Notes: generated from the letters alone by a model not told the origin. DNA of 64,000 nt from Eledone cirrhosa (GCA_964016885.1 OZ024748.1:60544759-60608758), one strand, 5' to 3'; counted from the first letter of the stretch, positions 1-13,904 are shown. A program made the numbers and translations.

Positions 1-383
1 TGTAGGTACGAGTTTTGAACTCACTGTTGCTTAGTTATATCGACTTAAGCGTTTCCCTTGCACATCGTCGGTGGCATGGACTGGGGAGACATGTATGTAT
101 GTCACGGCAACTGCTAGTCTTCCACTAATACACATTGCCCGGAAGGCAAACATTCTAAGTGCAAATCTCATGGTTTTTCCTGACCGAACGAGGGCCATTA
201 CCATTTTACCCATTTATATTTGTATATATATATATATATTCATTTGCTGATTTCACTCCTTAAACTGCAGCCATGCAGGATTACCCGTTGTATTTTCAGT
301 CTGTGCCTTTTGCCTTGTACATACAATATATATAACGTTTCATTTTGTCTGTGTACAATCACAGTTAATCTTTTCCAACATAC

Positions 384-489
<106 letters not shown>

Positions 490-2535
490 TTTGAAATCCT
501 TTCAAAGAACATTTATGTAGAGAAACGAAACGAAATGTATAAAATAACATATTAAAAAAATTGTCACATTTAACTTGAAACAGTTGCTCAGTTCTTTACC
601 AACATTCTATATAGTTCTGTCGTCTATTAGCATATTGTCTTCGAGCGAAGGAGGTCTCTTTTGTAGATCAAAATACCTGGTGCATTTATAAAGAACCGGA
701 ACAATCTCATATACGTACAACGGAAACATTTGCCGATATTCAATATGGCGCAGAGATGAAAGATAGGCCTTCCTTTTGGCAATCGTATATAATAACGGAT
801 TCCTAGAATATTAACTACTTTGAATATCTTTGAAAGCAATCTTCCAAAAACTCGCTTTAAGAGATGATCTGAATATCTACTATACAGACGTGTAAACTTC
901 TGTGATTATAAATTATATGTTACAATAAAATAGAACTTGGCATACTTTCAAATTAGCCTTATTTATATACTCCAACTATTCTATGTCTAAATACACTGAA
1001 TTGTCAAATGATTTGAAATCTTGTTTTAGATATCAGTCGGACTCTTCAAATTTTACATTTTACCGGAATTTACAAAAACAATAGAGTTACTAATCTTTTA
1101 GTTTTTGTTTTTCTTAAGATGTTTTTTTACAAATTAATCAATGATGGAAAGTCATCGTCCATGATTTTCATTTCATCAGAACCTTCGAGGGATATAGGAG
1201 GAAGAGAGGGACATATCCTCAAACACCCAAGAGTTAAGTAGAGGCGTTAAACCAGGTGACGGGTTTCGGTCTACAAAATTTCATTCACAAGGTTTTTGCC
1301 TGATGCTCTACCGACTATATCAATCCTAGTGTTTCTAATATTAATAATTAATTAATGTAGGTAGATTGTTGGAATTTGTGCACGTTAAAATTGTAGCTCA
1401 ATTGTAGAACTGGTAGAAAGTGGGATGACAAATTAATGCTGGATATATAGAACGGGTAATTTGCCGGACAATATGGCGAAGTGTTGGTAGAATTAATATA
1501 GAATCAGATCAAGTTGTAGAAGATTGATAGTATTTGTAATGTCAACAATATAGAGCTGGATACTATCATATACACAAAATGGCAGTGCGTTGGCGTATTC
1601 AGAAAAGTGACGGAGAAATGTGTGGCGGGTTAGAAGACTTAAAAGAATGGACAGAGAATTTGGTGGTGGATTTGGATACTTAGAAGTGGGGCTGAAGAAA
1701 TTAGCGGTGAATTGGAGGACTGAAGAAAACAGGAGAAATTTGGGTGGGTTGAGACTTGGGGAAAGGGGACGGTGAGTTGGTAAATTCAGAAAAATGTCGG
1801 AAGAATTGTTGGTGGATCGGAACATTTGGACGAGGACCGGACCGGAAAATTGTTAGTGGGTGGGCAGAATTTGAAGAGGGCCGAAGAAATTGGCGGTGTA
1901 TTGAGATATTTCGAAAAGTATTTAAAAAACGGGGAAGTGCATGATCAGAACGTGCTGAGGGGTGAACAAAATACGTTATTTACTCTTGCTTCAATAAGTT
2001 CTGTTTTCAAAACCACCCAATGTCAATTTACCTTTCATCCTCCTGCGGTTGATTAATTAAGGTAGCAGTTCAATACAGTAGTCACATTTATCTTCCCAGG
2101 ATCTTTGGCCGTTTAAAATATCTAAAATTCAATATTAAGAATCTTACTCGGTAGAGCCACCAACTGGTTACATATTTTTATTATTAATAATTAATTCTAA
2201 GAAGTGATTAAATTGACTATTAATTACTTAATTAAATCTAACTAATTAGCGACTGCTTTAATGTAATCAGTAATTGGTGATTTGATTTAATTAGTAGGCA
2301 GAATATAATTACAAACAAAATTGATTGTAGTATTGTTGTTGGTTGTCTCACAACAGCTCTGACCAAACACATATAAACAAACGTTTTAAGACCATCAAGT
2401 ATTTTCGTGTATCTAGGACTGACATTTCTAATGTGTTCTTGTTTTAAGACGATAAAGAGTGATTCATGAAAAATTCGGCTGCTTTATCTAGCAGACCAAA
2501 TATTCAGGTAGGCAAGTTTTTGTTGTTGTTTAATC

Positions 2536-2597
<62 letters not shown>

Positions 2598-2638
2598 AAG
2601 AGGGATAAGTCAACATTTCATAATTTACTTCTTTCATT

Positions 2639-2699
2639 ACCGTTATATATATATTTCGCTGATAGTCACAATTCAACAGCTATGACCTCTTCAGACAGT
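2639..2699 (-). ncRNA. Type I hammerhead ribozyme motif
   Basis: Minus strand reads actgt CTGAAGA g..gtcatag/ttgtgac..c GAAA tatatata TA acggt. It lies in a ~190 bp island between (TA)n tracts. Confidence 0.65.
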
Positions 2700-2799
2700 T
2701 AGAAGCAAGACATAGAAAACATAAAAAAAACAATGTTTTTTCTGGGAGAAAAGTGAAGGAGAAAAGTAAAGTTTTTAACGGTTATATATATATATATAA

Positions 2800-2937
2800 A
2801 GTTTATCGCGGGTTCAATCGGGGGTAACTAGGGTAAGTAAGGTACTCAATACATAGCAGAGTATAAATATTTAATATAGAGTATAAATATTTAATATAGA
2901 ATTCTCCCGAATGAAACGGTTCTAGTCCTGTAGAAGC
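2800..2937. mobile_element. Inverted PLE-like terminal fragment with half hammerhead
   Basis: 2800-2900 is the reverse complement of ~13731-13811, and 2899-2937 is a direct match to 13681-13727. Confidence 0.6.
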
Positions 2938-5133
2938 CCTGTGAACACTTGTGTAACGTGCATCGTGTCCTTTCAGCAACAGTCTACCACAGACTACATC
3001 TTCCAATGTTCCCATTATAGTGAGTAGTGTGTGGTTCAAGTGATTTTACATGGCTATGTCCACCAGGTAGTATAATCACGTAGATGCCTCGTCATTGGAT
3101 GTATCTACCTGTTTATTCATCGATAAATGGATAGATAGAAATATAGATATATAGGTAGATGGATACGACATATAGATACGTTTTACCGCAGTGACTTAAA
3201 CAAATCTCCTGGTACACACATATATATATATAAGTACACATCAAAAACGATGAATCATCAAAGCTGGATGAAAAACACTGATAAACCATATAAAAACACA
3301 AATACATCAATTACTTGGTTATGGCTCTTTCAACTATTTTACACAGGAGTAATGGAGCTTACATTTAGTAATCATGTTATATTGTGTTAGGTAGGTTACT
3401 ACTACTACTTTCACTCATGTAACTATTATGGTTAACTGAGTTAGGGACTGAGGAATTATATATGTAGCATGAGTTTTATAATATGGAGAGATGGAGAGTT
3501 ACATGAACAGTAAGCATAATACATCACCCGGTTTTAACACCTTGACCTTGCTCTTGGTTACCTTTTAGCTGTGTCTAATCTGTTGAAAGTATTCGAACTA
3601 GATCTCCTGTTTCAGGATAGCTTCTTTTCTCTCTCACACATGCCTTGTCCTTCTATGCACGACTAAGCAGTAAGGTTTACAAAGTTGCACCAGGAACCTC
3701 AGTGGTAATTTTAAAACGTATCGTCTGTTATAACCACCATATTGCCCTTACAGGATTATGCAGTCTCCGTTTTCTTATCGGCATTCGCTCAGTTGTTAGC
3801 CTATATCAGTCGCCCGGTTTAACACTTCCATCTGGCTCTTTGGTGTTTTCTGTGAAGTAAACCTTTTTGCAAGCATTTAAGCTAGACTACCATTTTAAGG
3901 ATAGTTATATTTTTCTCCGAGGGGTCCTGGGGCCTCCAGCACGGCAGTGTATGTGACTTTCCTTGCAGGCAAAAAGCGTTAAAAACATATCCATCTTTAC
4001 TATATCTTCCTCCCTACAACAATCTCGGAGGACTTAAAAACTGTTGTGTGCTGACTTTCCCTCTCCTGATTAAGTGGTAAATAACATGTCACCAGTTTAA
4101 AGGATGTCTTTCTCTCCCCCAGAATCTCGGATACCCTAAAAAAGGGTTATTTGCACTGTGCTTCTCTATCCTACTCCTTGATTAAACAGTACAAAATTAG
4201 CTGGAAGACGTGGGCGATCATAAATAGAAAAATAACTGTTATAACTGTAGAAAAAAGTGAGGAAAATGAGGCATATAACTAGAAGTTGGTGGTTATAAAA
4301 GATTTAAATGGGGTTAATGGCATTTAGTATGTCAGAATAATAAGCAATTAAAGAAAAGAAAATTTTAACTGTAATAAACTAATCGATATATAAACATGTT
4401 GGTAAATTGTTGACAACATTGAAAGGTCAGCTACCAGTTGGAATGATTTGTACAAATAAGTATTTTGATAATCTTTCCTGAAGATTTGGTAGGACTGAGA
4501 GATATAAACACGAGATGATGCTTTGTTCAATAATTCTTAAGACAAAGTAGTGTGTAATGTTTCTATAAATTGGCATCATTTGGTAGACAATATACACATA
4601 ACAATGTCACAGCCAAACATTCGTTCTTGCGATTTACTTGATATAAGTCAATACAATAGTGGAAACGCAGAGATGCTTAAATGGCTAAACCGAATGTGGT
4701 TTTATGGGAATCTTTAAAATGGCGTATTATTGTTCAATACGTAGGAATACTTACAACTGTTTGTCGTTATCTATGTAGCCAGATGTTTACTTTATGACAA
4801 ATAATGGAGAGAAACGTTGTATTCATTATCATCATAATCAAATTAAGGTGTTGAAAATGTTATAGCAAGCTGAAATGTATCAAGTGGTGGTTTGCGAGAC
4901 GTGATTTAAAGCTTAATTGAATATTTAGTTTGTTAATTTCTGAAGAGTCTATCTATGAAATAAATCAACAATTTACAAATCTTTACACAGAATCATTTGT
5001 AGTCAATTGTGAATAATAGCCACATATTGATAGATAAATGTGCTTCAAATTGTTACAGAATATTCACCATACATGACAGACACTCAGCAGCTAAGAATAT
5101 ATTTCTATATAACATTCAATAATGGATTATTAT

Positions 5134-5340
5134 GGCACTAGGCCAACAATTTTGGGAGAAGAGGAAAGTCGATTAAATTGACCCCAGTACATTACTGGTA
5201 CTTTTTTTTATGGACCCCTTAAGAAGGAAAGGCAAAGCTAACCTAAGGGGGATTTATTTGAACGCAGAACGTAAAGTGTCATAACTCTATACCGCTAAGA
5301 ATGTTGTCCGATGCTCTACCGATTCTGCCAATCCACCGCC
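5134..5340 (-). mobile_element. tRNA-derived SINE (family A)
   Basis: Head ggcggtgga/ttggcagaatcggtagag, B-box-like gttcaaat and body ctttgcctttc..aaagtaccagt, all shared with many copies in the window. Confidence 0.85.
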
Positions 5341-6871
5341 TATACAATCATATAAAGGCAAAGAAGATTCTTAATTGCAATGTGCTATTATAGTCCACAG
5401 CAGAATGGAAAGAGTGGAATGTTCCAGTTATTTTAACAAAACCATCGTCAATGAATAAAATGGTTTAATTTAAGTCCTTGTTAATCTTATATATATATAT
5501 ATAAAGTGTGTGTGTGTGTGTCAGTATATATTTGAGTTTGTGTGTATGTGGGTGGCCGTTTGTCAGGGTTTTTTTTGTGTGTGTATGTGTGTGGGCGTTT
5601 GTGTGTGCATGTATATATTCTTGTTTATATTAAAAATCTATAACATCTATATATTTTTATATATTGTGTATTGTATATAACGAGTGTATATACAACGTAT
5701 ATATGTGCTGTATTATATATACACAATCTCTACATGAAGATTGGTTTCCTTTGCAATGAAGATCGTTTGATAAGAGATTGTCACATTGATTAAAGCATCT
5801 CATTGGAGAAGCGAAGAGAATCAATGACAACACCTAAAACTACAACTACAACAACAACTACAGCAACAAGAAAACTATCATGAAATATAAACAAATGAAA
5901 AAGACTACAAAAAGATATGAATTAAATAAAGTTTTCTGTTTCGTCGACACTCTGACGCCCCATGTTATACCAGGTCACACTAAAATGCTTGCTACTTCCA
6001 AAAATTTCGTAAAATTGAATTTCATATTGTATTTTATTACATTCTAAATTTTATCTCCAATTTTATTATTGTTTCCCGATATTTAATCATTGCTTTTATT
6101 ACTACTATTGTTATTGTTACTTATTTTCTTATTTATTTACTTATTTGTTTGTTTATTTGTTGTAAATTGTGCTAGATAAATTCCTGGCTTTGATCGCTGA
6201 AATTAAACGGTTGATCTTTTCCGTCCATTTCATCTTTCTCTTTCTTCAGAACTCAGTCTTTAAGCATTGCAAATAAATTCTACTTTCATCTCCCACCCAT
6301 GTACTTTTCGATAATATTGTTCATTCTCTTGTTGTTGTTGTTGATATTGATATTGTTGCTGGTGGTGGTGGTGGTGATGTTGGTTCTGTTTTTGCTGTTA
6401 TTGTCGATATAACAGACGTTAAGAACGATATTATCCGAAATAGTAGTAGTATTAGTAGTAATATAACGTTACTGATCGTAATAGTGATTTCAGTGTTGTT
6501 ATTGATAAATTTGTACTTTATTTAACAATTTAATTATAACAATATTAATAATTATTGTACTCCACTGATAACATTTAGTAAGGTGTATATAATATAGTTA
6601 GTGTGGGTTGATAGCAATAACAAGTTGTTAAAGGAAAAATACAGAGCGATTTGGAAATGACTATTACAGAAGTAAAACGAAAGTATATATAAAAATAAAG
6701 TGCTCATTTGTTGTATGGTCCCGTAACTCCTGATAACCGTAGAGGCGCCGTATTGACATACGGTGTTTCTTGGGCATTTTAAGCCTGGCTGAACACATCC
6801 CTTTCCAGGTCTGAATACAGCAGATTTCGTCCAGAGTGAGAGAGAGGAAATGAGAAAGAGATATAGTGGAA

Positions 6872-7029
6872 GAATCGACCTCAGTACTAGACTGGTACTT
6901 TTTTATCGATCTTGAAAGGATGGAAGCAAAGTTGACCGTGGTGGGATTTGAACTCAGAGAGCAGAGAGGCGGAACGAATACAATAACGCATTCTATCAGA
7001 GGATCTAACGATTCTGCCTATTCACCGCC
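6872..7029 (-). mobile_element. SINE family A
   Basis: Same A/B box head and gataaa..gtaccagt body. Confidence 0.85.
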
Positions 7030-7373
7030 TGCTTATCTGCTACGCCTGTCTAAAGTAGAAAATAAAGAAAGGGCGGCGGAGAGAATTTAAATAATAGTTT
7101 GACATATAGATTGTTTAATGATTCAAGGAGAATAACAGGTGTTAATTCCCTTATATATCTGTTTTATAGCTTATTGCGGCTGTCCATTAATGGCTGACGC
7201 AGGTGACGTAGGCATCATGGCTGCAATATTTAGTTTATTCCAGAAAGAATACAAGGCTCGGAATCAAACTAGATGTTACAATCTGGTGAGACGTGAACTA
7301 GGGCAAAGCACGACCGTGATGTAAAATATATCGGACCGCGGTAAAATATATCGGTGTAAGCGTTCGGAATATA

Positions 7374-7566
7374 AATAATGTTTTTCTAGTTTTGGCACAA
7401 GGCCATCGATTACCTCAGTGCATCACTGGTACTTTATTTTATCGACCTCGTAAGGATGAAAGGCAAAGTTAACTTCGGCCGATTTGAACTTAGAATGGCA
7501 AGGGCCGTAACTATGCTGCATAGCATGGTGTCTGACGCTCTACCGATACTGCCAAACCACCGCCCT
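7374..7566 (-). mobile_element. SINE family A
   Basis: Full head-to-tail copy with ggccttgtgcc..gaaa tail. Confidence 0.85.
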
Positions 7567-7575
7567 ATAATATAA

Positions 7576-7737
7576 ATAATAATTGTTTCTACTTTTGGCA
7601 CAAGGCCAGCAATCAACCAGTATATTACTGGTACTTTATTTTATCGACCCCGTAAGGATGAAAGGCAAAGTTAACCTCGGCGAGATTTGAATTCAGACCT
7701 CAAAGGGACGTAACTCTGCTAGAAAGCATGGCGTCCA
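7576..7737 (-). mobile_element. SINE family A, tandem, 5'-truncated
   Basis: Second copy directly adjacent to 7374-7566. Confidence 0.8.
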
Positions 7738-7775
7738 AAATGTTAATAATAATATTATGTAAATTACCTTGAATA

Positions 7776-8082
7776 AATAAGGATCTCTATGGCAATATAC
7801 CACCTATCAGCAGCTCAATACGTGGACAGAGACTCAGATTTGCTGGCCACAGTTGGCGCAGCAAGGAAGAAATAGCAGGTGATGTGTTGTTATGGAGTCC
7901 ATCTCATGGAGCAAGAAACGCTGGTCGTCCCAAGAAGACATACGTCAAGCAACTTGAGGACGATATTGGATGCACTGCGGAAGAACTGGCATACGCTATG
8001 AAAGACATAGATGGATGGAGGAAACGTGTCGTAGAAAGCCGAGCAAGCTCGATCTGATTATGAAATGTACAATACCTTGTTG
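7776..8082 (+). mobile_element. 5'-truncated RTE-like LINE 3' end
   Basis: Translates NKDLYGNIPPISSSIRGQRLRFAGHSWRSKEE..LLWSP..RNAGRPKKTY..GWRKRV..stop (8057). Flanked by a 19-bp TSD atgta(a/t)attaccttgaata at 7757-7775 and 8083-8101. Confidence 0.85.
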
Positions 8083-8224
8083 ATGTATATTACCTTGAAT
8101 AGATAAAAGAATGTAACTGTTACTCCAACACCATCATCACCATCGTTAACATCATTATCACCTTCACCATTACAATTATCATCTTCTTCATCATAATGTT
8201 TGAAAATACACATTATCTTCATCA

Positions 8225-8356
8225 CGTCTCTTTACGATCTGAGTTCAAATCCCGCCGAGGTTGACTTTGCCTTTCATCCTTACGGGGTCGATAAAATAAA
8301 GTACCAGTAATGCACTGGGTAATTGTTGGCCTTGTGCCTAAAGTAGAAACAATTAT
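8225..8356 (+). mobile_element. SINE family A, 5'-truncated
   Basis: ctgagttcaaatcccgccgagg..gtaccagt..ggccttgtgcc. Confidence 0.85.
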
Positions 8357-8585
8357 CTTCATCGTTCTCCTTATTGTTTTCCTCATCGTACTCATCATCA
8401 CACTTATCATCATCAAAATCATCATCATGCTCATCATCTGAAATTATCGTTATTATCAATCTCATCAGCATCATCATCATGCTGATCATCACCAAGATCA
8501 TCATAAATCAATATCATCATCATCATCACCATCATTACTACCATCTTTATCGTTACCATCATCTTCCTAATCATCATTATTATCA
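8357..8585. repeat. Degenerate (CAT)n repeat
   Basis: Runs of atc/cat triplets. Confidence 0.8.
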
Positions 8586-8772
8586 GTGAATTGGCAGTAT
8601 CGGTAGAGGGTCGGACGCCATACTTTGACGTATAGAGTTACGGCCCTTGCCATTCTGAGTTCAAATCCCGCCAAGGTTAACTTTGCCTTTTATCCTTACG
8701 GGGTCGATAAAATAAAGTACCAGTAATGCACTGGGTAATTGCTGGCCTTGTGCCAAAAGTAGAAACAATTAT
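8586..8772 (+). mobile_element. SINE family A
   Basis: ttggcagtatcggtagag head, B box and tail all present. Confidence 0.85.
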
Positions 8773-10498
8773 CATTACCCTCATGATTACCATCATTATC
8801 ATTACCATCCTCCTCATCACCACCTTGACTAACACTCCCTACATCCTCACCTCTTACACACTCACTGGCTAAACCATAAACCCACAACTCTCCTCTCAAA
8901 CTTCCACTCCACCCTATGTCTGTATGTCGCCAATGAATTTTCCAAAGCTCAGCCTGACAGTTATATAAAAGATCCATTTGTTGAATTCTGATTATTGAAT
9001 TCGATTTTCTATTAATAATACGATGATAGCTTTTATTGATATTCTATAGGAACAGAAGGAAGATGAGTAGGGATGGAGAAATGGGTTGGGGGAGAGTTGG
9101 AAAAAATAGGAATGGAAAGGTGTGAGTCTAAGAGAGTTCTTGAGAGAGGGATAAGGGTGGTTGATTAGAGGAAGGGTGATGTTTAGACAGGGTATAAGAG
9201 ATACAGGATGAAACAGTGTGAGAGATGGAGAGAAAAATGTGAGTGTTATTTGTAGTAGAAAGGGGTGAAGGAGAAGATAGGAGAGGTTTGTAAGATTAAA
9301 AGAGAGATTAGAGAGGTAGATAAGGTTGGTGTGAGAAGAGGGGGTATTTAAGATACATAGGATATGGGAGAGAAAGAAGTAGCGGAGACTGATAAAAAAT
9401 GAAGTGAGGTTGAATGAGACGTGTTTGTGGGAGGTAAAAGAGTTATGAAGAGCTGGATGTAGGCGAGTGTTAGAGAGAAAGGAGGGAGAGAGAGAGTGGA
9501 AAAATTATGAAAACAGGGATAAGAGAATGTATGAGAGGATGGGAGAAAATATGAGAAGAGAAAAAAAACAGAATTGAAGAAAGCGGAAGTGAGAGAGAGA
9601 AGTATTTGTGAGTGTCTTTGTAAAAGGATAAAGAACAGTGCTATAAGGGGGGAAGTGTTAGAGAAAAGGTTGATTGGATTTAAAGAAACACGGAGAGAGA
9701 TTATACATATCTCTATAACTGCTCTGCATTTCCCAATGCATCGAGTACTCCAATGGTCTCTCAGTCTTAGTAACTCTATCTCTCGCTCTCTCTCTCTCGC
9801 TCTCGCTCTCTCTCTATTTCTCGCTCTCGCTCTCTATCTATATATCTATCTATATATATAAATATGTGTGTGTATGTACTAAATATATCAACTAGAAGAG
9901 AACTTTCCATATACAAACAGAGCAAATATGTATTTAGTTATTATGATTTGTACAAAATAATTAATTTGCAATCAACGGTTTCATGATCTAACAAAACTAG
10001 CTCAACTGCAAGATATGGGTGTTAGTAATACCTTCAGGCGAACGCACTAACCACTAAGCTATGCAATTTAACCACATACTAAAATAATTTCGCTTTAACA
10101 TTTTAGCACCACTACATATTTTATTTATATTTTAGATGATCTACATAAAATAAAGCTCTACGTGTTAGTTTATCGAGCACTCACTCAAACTTTTTCCCCG
10201 CAATTCCTTTTTTAAGTATTTCTAAAAAAACTGATTTTTTTTTAGATGCCTGACTGTGTGCAGTTGTGGTTGTTGTTTTTTTTTTCTCTGTATTTTTCTG
10301 TGTAGTATTGTCGTAAATTGTTGAAGACCTAAATTCGTTTGAAGTTTAACCAAATTTTGATTCCTCGTGACTTTATTATAGCAAATATATATTTAATCTG
10401 GAAAATTTCAGGTCAACCGTCATTTGATTTTGTGTGGTGATGCTTGAGGCAAATCGTTTTTACTCACTATGTCGACCATTTTGCAAAAGAACGATGTG

Positions 10499-10548
<50 letters not shown>

Positions 10549-10559
10549 TACACATACAT

Positions 10560-10599
<40 letters not shown>

Positions 10600-10823
10600 G
10601 CCATACTTTGATATACTTGTGCCTGATTTTGTTATTCAGCTTGTCTTAATAAAATTACATATATACATACATGTCTGTATATATATATATAGAGAGAGAT
10701 ATTCACATATATATTATGCGTATGTATATATTGAGAAATGTGTTTACAGATACCAAAATCACATTTATATATGTATAAATTATATATAAGAAGAAATTAA
10801 AAGATGGTTAACAAAGTTCCATG

Positions 10824-10894
10824 TATTTTATTATGCGCATTTCAAAAACAAATATCATCCTGGGACGATATTTGCGTTCTCATCAGATAAAATA
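10824..10894 (-). ncRNA. Type I hammerhead ribozyme motif
   Basis: Minus strand reads tattttat CTGATGA gaac gcaaatatcgtcc ca ggatgatatttgt tttt GAAA tgcgca TA ataaaata. Stem I is 8 bp, stem II ~13 bp, stem III is palindromic. Confidence 0.85.
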
Positions 10895-11053
10895 GGGAGG
10901 CATGATATGATGCTTAAAAAACACTTGTTAACAAGGTAGTGTCTAATAAACATATGGTTTATTATATATACTCCAGTCCAATAAACTGTTGAGTGCTACT
11001 TATCCGATATTTGCATTGCGTTATTGTTCTACAATAAAACTCATCTCTTACAT

Positions 11054-11090
<37 letters not shown>

Positions 11091-11799
11091 GTATTCCATC
11101 TAATCGCATGTATTTGTCTGCTTCTCTCTCTCCCTCACTCTCTCCCTCTCACCCTCCCTCTCTCTCTCTATTTGCGGGTAGTATACATATGGTTGTTTAG
11201 ATATATTGTCACATTAATAGCCAGATAGTCAGACATGTAGATATATAAATTTACCATCATGGCCATTGTAGAAAATCAGTTTCATTGAAGGCTTATCTAC
11301 TATTACTGATATCTAGACCAAACATATTTGAAACAACATTTATTTTCTTTTGATCAGTGTTTGTATGTTTTTTTTTTTACAATTGGACAACCCGTACTAC
11401 TATGTATATATAACCACCATCTTTTGGAGTTCCGAGAACATACACGAAGTGAAATTTAGAATAACATTTAATAGTATTCTATTAAGCTATAATAAAATTA
11501 CGGAGTCATTCCAATAAACCTAGTGTTACGTATATTATCGTTGTACTAAGATGTAATAAAATTAGTTGAGTAAGTGCAAAAGATACTTAGTGTAATGAAT
11601 TCCTAACTAAAATATGTAATTTGTTAAAACTATCGTCTCAAAATGAAGAGGAAACCAGAAGATGAATGCTTAATGTTAATGAAATCTTGTTAAGACCAAA
11701 TGGTTGATGAATGTGGAAATTGCTGTAACCAAATATAAAACTAGAATGCATTGAAGCTAGGAAATCGGATGGCGCCTCTACGTTCTTTCTTTCATATAT

Positions 11800-12019
11800 A
11801 ATAATTTCTGATTGAGGTACAAGGTCAGCAATGCTCAGTGGAGAGGAAACTCGATTAAATCGACCTCAGTGCATTACTGGTACTTTATTTTATCGATCCC
11901 GTAATGATGAAAGACAAAACTAACCTCGGTGAGATTTGAACTCAGAACGTAAAGAGATGTAAATCAATGCGGCAAACATATTGTCCTGCGCTCTACCGAC
12001 ACTATCAATCCATCGCCCA
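11800..12019 (-). mobile_element. SINE family A (diverged)
   Basis: Body and B box match the other copies. Confidence 0.8.
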
Positions 12020-12639
12020 ATAGAATTAAATCGAAATTTTATATCAACATTGTTTTAATTTTTCAATGCGGTTTGTTATTAGTGACAATACAATCTCAAT
12101 TCACAAGTAAAATAATGTATTTATACTAATTCTAACTTAAAAGCATATAAAGGTAGATGGCCTAGTGGCTGGGTAGTCAAACTTTCTCTTATAAGTTCGT
12201 TTCTGGTGCTGTTGGCTAGGAGATTTATTCTCTCGTTATCCCTTCTGTTAACAGATGACATTTACTGATTGTATCAGTAGGAAAAACAATAAAAAACGTT
12301 TGTATCTGAGTCAACCTGACAATCGGTTCTGTTCCATTCTTATAAGTAAGTAAAATCTGAATCATTGACCTGTTTAAATAGCGACCAAATATCCCTCAAA
12401 TAGGATCCTGCCATATTCTCACAGAAAGATACATTAAGTAGTGAAGTCAGTTTTATTTCATAGATCTTGCAATGAATGACATTCTCATCATCATTAGAAA
12501 ACTTGATATCGGAGGGATTTCTTACGGGAATGATTTATAAATATACTACATCCATCCATATGAACACATACATACATACATACACACATACACACATACA
12601 TACATACACACATACATACATACACACATACACACATAT

Positions 12640-12826
12640 GTCATAAGAGCAACGAACGCGATTCCGAGTAATGCCATCGTTTGCTACTTAAGCTTGAGCA
12701 TCAGGTGGTATGTGGTTTTTTAGTCCTGTTATGGACTTGCCTATGGCCAGCCATGCTATGCATCGCTAAAAATGTCACATACCAAGCGATGCCTGTGTTT
12801 CAAGCTGTTTTAAGTGAAGAAAGGCC
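12640..12826 (-). mobile_element. RTE-like 3'-end fragment inside (CATA)n
   Basis: Reverse complement resembles 23270-23377 (caagtc..ggactaaaaa..cac; tggc..tactcg). Confidence 0.5.
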
Positions 12827-12945
12827 ATACATACATACATAACTTCAACGGTGAGTCTGAATGAATTAAATAATTTCTACGGACTAAGAAAAATTAGGTA
12901 AATTTTATCTGCCTGTTCTTAAAACTTATAATTTACAATATATAT

Positions 12946-13140
12946 ATAGGAACGAGTAGGACCCCGACGGCTGATCTCAAGCCGTTTCGACGGCTAATTC
13001 TGGACGTCGAAACGGCTTGAGCTCAGCCGTCGGGTCCTACACGTTCGGGTCCTACACGTTCCTATTACCCATTCTACTACACTAAGTATTGAGTAGTTTG
13101 GTGCGTTATGGTCCATCTGGTTCCTTCACACATTTCCTTC

Positions 13141-13142
<2 letters not shown>
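12946..13142 (+). repeat. Hairpin repeat (family shared with 49152-49348)
   Basis: Long inverted repeat taggacccc gacggctga..agccgtttcgacg / cgtcgaaacggct..tcagccgtcgggtccta, followed by a shared tail. Flanked by (TA)n. Confidence 0.75.
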
Positions 13143-13189
<47 letters not shown>

Positions 13190-13286
13190 TGTGTGTGTCT
13201 GTGTGTTATGTGAGTAATCAGTGGTTACAGCAGCGACGGTGGTCGAAGAAGTTGACGCTGTTACTCTCTATATATATGTTTATGTA

Positions 13287-13327
<41 letters not shown>

Positions 13328-13670
13328 TTAGGTCAATGAGATCAGTTGATACTTGTATTAAAGACGTCCTCAATATAAATGTGAAACGCTGACGTTTCTT
13401 CCATCTACGATAATATTAATATTTTATATCGGCGTAATCGGCTTAGTTGATGTCATTGAAAGACTCATTAAAGAGAAACAAGAAAATTGTGATTACAACC
13501 ACATAATCATGTGGCCAGAAGCTGTCTATATATGTGATTGTATAGTGTATGTACATATAGGTATATATATATATGTATGTGTGTGTGTGTGATTTATTGT
13601 GGGAATCAGACATTTGGTTATACTCTCTCTCTCTCTATATATATATAATCACCATATTACTTGGACAGCT

Positions 13671-13727
13671 GCTTCCTGATGATTTCTCCCGAATGAAGCA
13701 ATGAGGCACTTCTAATCCTGTAGAAGC
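13671..13727 (+). ncRNA. Decayed type I hammerhead in a PLE-like 3' end (13645-13811)
   Basis: gcttc CTGATGA tttc tccc gaat GAA..ctg TA gaagc. The GAAA/stem III half is intact in the 2899-2937 copy. Confidence 0.55.
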
Positions 13728-13817
13728 CTTTCTATATTAAATGTTTACACTCTGCTTTGTATCGAGTACCTTACTTACTGTGGTTTCACCCGATTGAACT
13801 AGGGATAAACTTATATA

Positions 13818-13904
<87 letters not shown>

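Noticed and set aside
610-805. Minus-strand NPLLY (GPCR NPxxY-like) frame
   Set aside because: There is a stop just upstream and no transmembrane context; a short motif expected by chance.
1130-1182. CTGATGA with an aatga/tcatt stem on the minus strand
   Set aside because: GAAA box and stem I are missing.
4935-4975. CTGAAGA..GAAA spacing
   Set aside because: No convincing stems; likely chance in AT-rich DNA.
6741-6770. Hairpin agaggcgccgta/tacggtgtttct
   Set aside because: An isolated stem with no ribozyme core or second copy in the window.
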